Source of the DNA: a virus
Lineage: Duplodnaviria; Heunggongvirae; Uroviricota; Caudoviricetes
IMG/VR virus record: IMGVR_UViG_3300044878_000087
Location: 258,432 to 310,743 of that record
DNA: 52,312 nucleotides
Direction: 5' to 3' (one strand)
The notes under the pieces are model-generated. The model was given only the letters and a program-made list of their open reading frames with translations. It did no database searches and had not been told where the DNA came from. Below are positions 46,637-52,312 of the stretch, one piece after another. Within the stretch, counting starts at the first letter, position 1. Every line of letters starts with the position of its first letter. A program made the translations under genes and the position numbers.

Positions 46637-46763
46637 TGGAGGGCACCCCGTTGAATGTTGACGTTTCATAGCCTTATACATAGGGATATGTAATAAACTA
46701 CCCATCAAGTTAATAATACATGGCACATTATTAGAAACATTCACATTCAGGAATACCGCTAAA

Positions 46764-48296
46764 ATGTCATCGCATAAACAACTTTTAGTTAGTTGCATCA
46801 CTTTGCTCTGCTTGGAGCATCGCGACGACTCCCCTGCATCGGCTTCGACCGAGCTGATTTCTGACGTAATCGAAACGATCCAAGTCAAAGAGACTACGAT
46901 CGATAGCGACCATGGACGTCAAACATTTTTGGAGCTTCGTCGTTTAGTAGTTGATCTCAACTGCAAGACTCCGACGGAATTCCCGAGCCTTATGGAAGTT
47001 CTTCAGAACGTTCAAGTTTGTGCTCGTGAAGAATCATACCTATTTGAAGCAGTCGCGGCTGCGGTTAACGAAGTATTCCCTGATGGCTTGTCCATCATGC
47101 AACGTATCAATGAGAAGCGTAACGTACTACGCGCTCACTTGAATGATACGAAGATCTCTTCTATCATGAAGGAATACTCCCACAAGCTTTTGTTCAATGC
47201 TGTTGGTTCTACTAATAGCATCAGTCTGATCCGTGAGATGCAGGCTAAGTTGGACCCTTATGTACAAGCTCGTGCTGATGCTCGACATCCAGCAGAGATC
47301 GGTACAGTAGACTTCGATGATCCTGAGCTGGTAGCTAAGTACTTCGAAGCTGTTAAAGAAACAATGTCGATTGAAGGTGCATTCAAAACTGGTTGGAAAG
47401 GTTTCAACCGGATGCTGGGTAAACTCGGCGCGCTACGTCGTGGTGAGTTCATTCTGGGTGGTGGTCTACAACACAACTTTAAGACTGGCCTTGCGCTGAC
47501 TTTATTTTCTCACATCTGTCTGTTCAACAAACCGTTCATGCGTGATAAGAATAAGAAGCCTCTGGCTCTGTTCGTAACACTCGAGAACGAACTGTCTGAC
47601 AACTTGCTGATCCTTTATAAATACCTGATGGAGAACGAGACGGGTGAAGCTGTCGATGAAACTCTGATCGATCCGGTATTGGCTACGCAATATATTTCTG
47701 CTCGTCTGCAGGAATCTGGTTTCAAAGTTCTGATTACTCGTTTTGACCCTACTGATTTTACCATTGCTGGTTTCACTAACTGGCTGGACAGTCTGCAAGC
47801 TCAGGGTTACGAGATTCAGTATCTGTGTGTTGACTATCTCAACATGTTGCCGAAGACAGGTCTGGATGCTAAAGTAGCTGGTGATGACATTCGTCTGTTG
47901 TTCCGTCGTATGCGTAACTACACTACGCCACGAGGCATTACATTCTTTAGTCCACACCAGTTGTCATCTGACGCTCTGCAGCTCATGCGTGAGAACACAG
48001 AAGACTTCGTGAAGATTGTAGCTAACCGTGGTTACTACGATGGTTGCCGTCGTCTGGGGCAAGAGCCTGATTTGGAACTGATCTTCCACATCGTCAAGAT
48101 TGCTGGGAAATCGTACTTCACTATTCAACGTGGTAAACACCGGAACACAGTTACAGCTGAAGCTGACCAATACTGTGTACTTCCATTTGCACCTGTGGGT
48201 ACAATCCCGTGGGACATCGACAAAGAAGTAGACTACAGTCTGCGACAGCTCCCAGGCATGTCTGGTGCAGCTGGTGATGAAGCCTGGTCTATTTAA
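46764..48296 (+). CDS. dnaB: DnaB-like replicative helicase (phiKZ gp118-like)
   Basis: FKTGWKGFNRMLG, Walker A GGLQHNFKT, FVTLEN, Walker B CVDYLNM, SPHQLS and RGKHR arginine finger. Confidence 0.9.
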   Translation: MSSHKQLLVSCITLLCLEHRDDSPASASTELISDVIETIQVKETTIDSDHGRQTFLELRRLVVDLNCKTPTEFPSLMEVLQNVQVCAREESYLFEAVAAAVNEVFPDGLSIMQRINEKRNVLRAHLNDTKISSIMKEYSHKLLFNAVGSTNSISLIREMQAKLDPYVQARADARHPAEIGTVDFDDPELVAKYFEAVKETMSIEGAFKTGWKGFNRMLGKLGALRRGEFILGGGLQHNFKTGLALTLFSHICLFNKPFMRDKNKKPLALFVTLENELSDNLLILYKYLMENETGEAVDETLIDPVLATQYISARLQESGFKVLITRFDPTDFTIAGFTNWLDSLQAQGYEIQYLCVDYLNMLPKTGLDAKVAGDDIRLLFRRMRNYTTPRGITFFSPHQLSSDALQLMRENTEDFVKIVANRGYYDGCRRLGQEPDLELIFHIVKIAGKSYFTIQRGKHRNTVTAEADQYCVLPFAPVGTIPWDIDKEVDYSLRQLPGMSGAAGDEAWSI

Positions 48297-48324
48297 AGAA
48301 CCTTGGTGGTGGTTGCAGGAATGG

Positions 48325-48348
48325 TTCTCCCTTCGGGGAGAATTTATT
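48325..48348 (+). terminator. intrinsic terminator after dnaB
   Basis: TTCTCCC-TTCG-GGGAGAA-TTTATT. Confidence 0.65.
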
Positions 48349-48374
48349 CCGTTACCCTATTCCCGGAGTACGGA

Positions 48375-48761
48375 ATGAAACAAATTGATTACTTGATTGA
48401 TGCAATCAAGACCGATGTAAGTTACCATGCATCTGTGGGTGTCGGTACGCGTATTCAAGTATTGGTAGCTTCTCAGAACAAAGATACCGTTCGTAAAGCT
48501 ATCGGAGAGCTTGCACACAGCATTCTACGTGGCACTGAATGGGAGAACCAGGATCTGTCGCAAACAGAGCTAGAACTGCGTACTAACATCCTGCTGAAAG
48601 ATCTCTTCTATAGTAAGCGGATCGTGATTGAACTCAAACAAAAGCAATGGCCTGAAACTGTAGGTAACCATCTGGACTTCGATGTCAGTGGTTTTGATAA
48701 GTTGATCTATGATCAGGATACCTGCGATTCATACGCAGCTTATTTAGCTCGTCAGAACTAA
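48375..48761 (+). CDS. hypothetical protein
   Basis: GGAG RBS before ATG 48375, ends before a terminator. Confidence 0.65.
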   Translation: MKQIDYLIDAIKTDVSYHASVGVGTRIQVLVASQNKDTVRKAIGELAHSILRGTEWENQDLSQTELELRTNILLKDLFYSKRIVIELKQKQWPETVGNHLDFDVSGFDKLIYDQDTCDSYAAYLARQN

Positions 48762-48772
48762 AAAAAATAGGG

Positions 48773-48804
48773 CATAGCGGCTACCCCGAAGGGTAGCCAT
48801 TATG
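48773..48804. terminator. bidirectional hairpin terminator (CATA-hairpin-TATG family)
   Basis: CATA-gc-GGCTACCC-CGAA-GGGTAGCC-at-TATG. Confidence 0.8.
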
Positions 48805-48809
48805 TTGTC

Positions 48810-49214
48810 TTATTCGAACAGACCATCCATGTAAGCATCTACAACAAACTTCGCTTCACGCAAACTGGTACCGAAGGTTTCACGCAGGCTACGAATTGCT
48901 TCGATACTTACACGCAGATGCTTTTGTGCGGTAGCGATTTCACGCCACTCACCTTTAGTACCTTGACGTGCTTCATCGGCCAGGTAGGTGAGGATGTAAC
49001 CAAAACGTTCCAGTTGCAGGCGAGCATCTTCTTGAGCATGGATTACTTTGGTGAGAGCAGCATGGAAGCCACCGCCAGTTTCAGCTTTGTACTGTGCATC
49101 AACTTCAGCGGCAGGGTGTTTCAGAACCGACTTGATAACTTCTTTCAAACCGGTTTGGTATTCGATGATCTCACTAACGCATTCAGTGAGCAGAGTAACT
49201 TGTGGAATCGCCAT
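48810..49214 (-). CDS. protein with ribosomal L7/L12 C-terminal-like domain
   Basis: C-terminal IEAIRSLRETFGTSLREAKFVVD resembles bL12 IAVIKAVRxxTGLGLKEAKDLVE. Confidence 0.65.
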   Translation of the reverse strand: MAIPQVTLLTECVSEIIEYQTGLKEVIKSVLKHPAAEVDAQYKAETGGGFHAALTKVIHAQEDARLQLERFGYILTYLADEARQGTKGEWREIATAQKHLRVSIEAIRSLRETFGTSLREAKFVVDAYMDGLFE

Positions 49215-49232
49215 CACATCATCCTTAAATTT

Positions 49233-49258
49233 GGCTCTCCCTGAGGAGAGCCATTATG
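49233..49258. terminator. hairpin element
   Basis: GGCTCTCC-CTGA-GGAGAGCC-at-TATG, same stem-loop as 6850-6867. Confidence 0.65.
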
Positions 49259-49261
49259 CCG

Positions 49262-49666
49262 TTACGAAATGTTTTTCAGGTGCAGGATCATCACGTCATC
49301 AACTTCACGATAGTCCGCTTGTACTTTCTCGAGCAGGGACTGGTGGTAGTCGATGGTGACTTGTTGCAGGAAGTTGTAGACATCACGCAACACCATGCGC
49401 TGCAGGTAATTGTGTTCTTCACGGATCTGTTTGCTGATCAGTATCCGAACGGCCTGAGTGCCTTTCATGTCGAACTTGAAGTTCTTCACAGCCCTGGTAC
49501 CAGCATAGACTGTGATCTCACGATCGCATGTTTCAGGATGGAACTGATGAACAATCCGAATGTCATGTGGACGACAATCGAACAGAGCGTAGAACGCATT
49601 GATCACTTCCAGCGATTGATAGCTGTTAACGATCTTTACACTAACCTCATGGTGCTGAATATTCAT
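49262..49666 (-). CDS. hypothetical protein
   Basis: ATG ORF in the minus-strand accessory array. Confidence 0.65.
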   Translation of the reverse strand: MNIQHHEVSVKIVNSYQSLEVINAFYALFDCRPHDIRIVHQFHPETCDREITVYAGTRAVKNFKFDMKGTQAVRILISKQIREEHNYLQRMVLRDVYNFLQQVTIDYHQSLLEKVQADYREVDDVMILHLKNIS

Positions 49667-49688
49667 GTCTAATCCCTAAAGTAGTGGA

Positions 49689-50249
49689 TCACTTGATCCA
49701 GTTGTAGATCTTCGTGTGCCCCGTTGCCAACCGACCGATGTCTTTCACTTCATGCGACATCCCGATGTTACTGATGTCGTAGATAATGTTAGAGTTCAGT
49801 GAACGGATGGTGAGAGGCTTTTCTTGTGGGTTATGGATAAACTTCGCAGCATCGTTTACAGTTACCTTGACTTTGGTTTCACCGGTACGGAGAGTAACCA
49901 GTTGACCGTTAGTCAGGGTGATTTCCAGAGCGGCTTCCACCGGTTCAGGAATCGACAACAGTGCCTCGATGACACCACCGTCTACACGCACCACGTTGTG
50001 CCATGTAGGCTTTTCGTGGTTGGCATAGGTGAGATGGGTGCATGGCTCACCTTGCGTGCTCATACGCACTTCCAGCTTGTCCAGCGGGATATGAAGCTGG
50101 TGGAGTGGTTCAGACCAATCCGTGGTAGTGCGACCGTTTTCAGTAACGAACTTCGGCAGACCCCCGATGTGATGAACTGGCACCAGGCCATCTACCGTAC
50201 CCAGAAGTTTAGCAAGGTTCAGTGCTTCAACGGAATGATTGCGAGACAT
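49689..50249 (-). CDS. hypothetical protein
   Basis: AAGGA RBS, minus-strand accessory array. Confidence 0.7.
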   Translation of the reverse strand: MSRNHSVEALNLAKLLGTVDGLVPVHHIGGLPKFVTENGRTTTDWSEPLHQLHIPLDKLEVRMSTQGEPCTHLTYANHEKPTWHNVVRVDGGVIEALLSIPEPVEAALEITLTNGQLVTLRTGETKVKVTVNDAAKFIHNPQEKPLTIRSLNSNIIYDISNIGMSHEVKDIGRLATGHTKIYNWIK

Positions 50250-50283
50250 CTTTAATCCTTAATGCTTAAATTGAGAGAAGGTA

Positions 50284-51063
50284 TTACAGTGCATCTTCAA
50301 AGAAGTGTTTCATGTCGCGTTCGTAGTCTTCGCGCTGTAGACGTTGTTCTTCTTTGTGGTGCATGTTCTTCGATTGACGAGAACGTGAAAGCAGCACCTT
50401 CAGTTCTTTAATCAGTCGTTTCTTGTTTACCGTGCAGTAACCAGAGTATGGCGATACTCGTGTCATGTTGAACAAGTGGCGAAGCTTCCCACCCAGTTCA
50501 TCGATCGTGGCGTAGATATGGCCATCGTGATCGATATCATGGAAAGCAGGGTGATTACCCAATACAAAGGCGATAACTGATTGTGGATACATCGCAGCAT
50601 ATAGCCCAGGCCGTTTAGCCTTGGTCGGAACTTCTTTTTGCTGTGACAGGTATTCCATCTTCAAGAAATGTGTATTCGCTTTATTGTTAACGAAGCGTAT
50701 ATCGCCATTACCGCGAGACACTACTTCCACAACGTAGCTTGCATTGAATGATGTCTTATGCTCGCCACCAAGAATAGAGCATTGGTCATCTGTCTTCACT
50801 ACCCAGGACTTAACTCCATTTTGGTGATGCCCGGTAACAACGGCTTCCTGGATACCATCCTTACGATGATCCAAGTGGTAGCGAATAACAGAACCAACCG
50901 GCATGTGTTCTGGTTGCCAATCAACTTGCCAAACCGTTTCGAAAACCTTCTCCTTTTCAGGATACGGACCGAGGTCTACTTGGGTCCCATCGTCACGGGT
51001 AATGATGCAATCCAACATCTTACCAGTTTCACGTTCACCCATATACTTCTTAACGTACGGCAT
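50284..51063 (-). CDS. hypothetical protein
   Basis: Long ORF in the accessory array with AAGGA RBS. Confidence 0.7.
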   Translation of the reverse strand: MPYVKKYMGERETGKMLDCIITRDDGTQVDLGPYPEKEKVFETVWQVDWQPEHMPVGSVIRYHLDHRKDGIQEAVVTGHHQNGVKSWVVKTDDQCSILGGEHKTSFNASYVVEVVSRGNGDIRFVNNKANTHFLKMEYLSQQKEVPTKAKRPGLYAAMYPQSVIAFVLGNHPAFHDIDHDGHIYATIDELGGKLRHLFNMTRVSPYSGYCTVNKKRLIKELKVLLSRSRQSKNMHHKEEQRLQREDYERDMKHFFEDAL

Positions 51064-51078
51064 CACTTCTTTCCTTGC

Positions 51079-51363
51079 TTAAATAGAGGAGAGACTGTCA
51101 ACCAATCGGTTATCAGTGTACTCGCAAGTTTCTTTGCGTTTGGTAATGACAAGATACAACTCATAGTCACTGTTATCATTACAGCAGCTACAGCCCCGAA
51201 CTTGTTTACGTTCAACTTCGATCGAGAACTCATTGAGTTTTGCACTCATACCGAAGTGAGCCGTAATGCTGTCGGCTAGTTCTCCGAAGGACTGTGGGGT
51301 GCCGTAATAATTGAGATACAGCTCGTCTGGTGTATTTACCGGTTCGGAGTATATCGACGCCAT
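51079..51363 (-). CDS. hypothetical protein (GCSCC motif)
   Basis: TAATG coupling with the phosphatase gene. Confidence 0.6.
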   Translation of the reverse strand: MASIYSEPVNTPDELYLNYYGTPQSFGELADSITAHFGMSAKLNEFSIEVERKQVRGCSCCNDNSDYELYLVITKRKETCEYTDNRLVDSLSSI

Positions 51364-51737
51364 TAGAAGCTTACCTTCACTAAACGTGCCATGCAGAAGT
51401 CTGTTGAATGACAAGCAATGCGATACTGCTTGCTGTGATGTTGCAACCACTTAGCCATGCTCTTAGAGCGGATCTGTCCCATGTAGCAATGGATGAACAG
51501 ATTCTCCCCATTTAAGCTATCCAGGAACGCCATGGCTTTTTGGTGATCTTCACCGTTCAACCCAAAACCGGGATCAGTCAGCTCGAGCACATTCTGATTT
51601 GGTTTCCAGGCTGGACGACTTTCGCCTTCACTGATAATGCTAATGATGTTAGCACTGTCGGCGAGATCTTTTACGTAGCTCCTGGGGATATACGAGATAC
51701 CAAACCGTTTACGGAAAACTTCAATGATCTTCTTCAT
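51363..51737 (-). CDS. CX5R protein tyrosine/dual-specificity phosphatase-like protein
   Basis: LFIHCYMGQIRS matches the HCxxGxxRS signature. Upstream IISI motif. Confidence 0.75.
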   Translation of the reverse strand: MKKIIEVFRKRFGISYIPRSYVKDLADSANIISIISEGESRPAWKPNQNVLELTDPGFGLNGEDHQKAMAFLDSLNGENLFIHCYMGQIRSKSMAKWLQHHSKQYRIACHSTDFCMARLVKVSF

Positions 51738-52021
51738 GCTTTCGCCACGTAGTAACAGGTGTATGCATTGCGATCACGACCGCGACTAACTTCTGTCACT
51801 TTCCAACCAGCCATATCGAGGTTGAGTGTGATCTCACGTTCAGTGGACGCATTGTGATCTTTACCCATGGTGAAGCGCCAGAAGGATTCCCCATCGCCAC
51901 CACAACGCCATTCTTCGATCCATTTCTGATCGGACATGCATTCATTGAACTCTTTGAAGAATTCATCTACGTGGGACTGGTTCAGAGAACCCAGAGCTTG
52001 CTCAGCGGAAATGATGTGCAT
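51734..52021 (-). CDS. hypothetical protein
   Basis: ATGA overlap with the phosphatase gene. Confidence 0.65.
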   Translation of the reverse strand: MHIISAEQALGSLNQSHVDEFFKEFNECMSDQKWIEEWRCGGDGESFWRFTMGKDHNASTEREITLNLDMAGWKVTEVSRGRDRNAYTCYYVAKA

Positions 52022-52023
52022 CG

Positions 52024-52312
52024 TTAAACCTTCGGGGAGTTGTCATGGGGGTTCTTGAAACGACGGGCCAATGCCAGCATTACATCGAATGGTCGATCCA
52101 GTGGAACGTGTTCATCGTTACGTTGATCAATCCAGCACCACTCACTGTAACGTCCGATGGACTGGTGACTGATCAAGAAACTTTCCGATGTCATGCTAAC
52201 CGTTAGGCGATCAGCTACATCAGTTTGCAGATGAATGCTGGATTCAAACATCTCAGCCAGCATAGCCATGCGCCACATCATTCCTTCCATGACATCGCTG
52301 TCTGGTTGGAAG
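52024..52312 (-). CDS. hypothetical protein, probably 5'-truncated by the window edge
   Basis: Frame stays open from the ATG at 52290 to the window end. Confidence 0.55.
   Translation of the reverse strand, partial: FQPDSDVMEGMMWRMAMLAEMFESSIHLQTDVADRLTVSMTSESFLISHQSIGRYSEWCWIDQRNDEHVPLDRPFDVMLALARRFKNPHDNSPKV

Noticed and set aside
46637-46888. Upstream extension of the gp119-like ORF to 265 aa
   Set aside because: It would overlap the dnaB start on the opposite strand and cross the AT-rich divergent promoter region. ATG 46636 is more plausible.
1-52312. tRNA, rRNA, CRISPR array, introns/inteins, DGR or transposase
   Set aside because: None recognised by eye. Core genes have expected sizes without insertions, and no reverse transcriptase accompanies the Mtd-N-like gene. 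tRNAscan-SE and Infernal would be needed to exclude small RNAs.

Overview
This window is part of a phiKZ-like (Chimalliviridae-type, probably Pseudomonas-infecting) jumbo phage genome. Gene order follows what I recall of the phiKZ gp153-gp118 block: head protein, UvsX/RecA, a virion RNA polymerase beta fragment, a fibre/tailspike cluster, a lysis cassette (endolysin, holin candidate, i-/o-spanin), RuvC, two 2OG-Fe(II)/cupin genes, gp131-135-like baseplate/fibre paralogs, portal, a non-virion RNA polymerase beta subunit, major capsid protein (MCP) and DnaB helicase. Small accessory ORFs follow, including an L7/L12-CTD-like protein and a CX5R phosphatase. All assignments come from motifs and remembered synteny, not database searches. 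The main observation is that the MCP UGA stop (CCT-TGA-A) is followed in frame by 28 unannotated codons (RNPGNVRRYEDGTIRYFEDGTTQRYLEG*) that end just before the terminator. This peptide repeats the R-x-x-E-D-G motif that also forms the C-terminus of a structural adaptor in the fibre cluster 28 kb away. Three fibre/tailspike genes share one N-terminal module. Together this suggests a plug-and-socket system in which stop-codon readthrough puts fibre-docking tags on a fraction of capsid subunits. About 12 related CATA-hairpin-TATG intergenic elements and two phiKZ-type early promoters are also visible.
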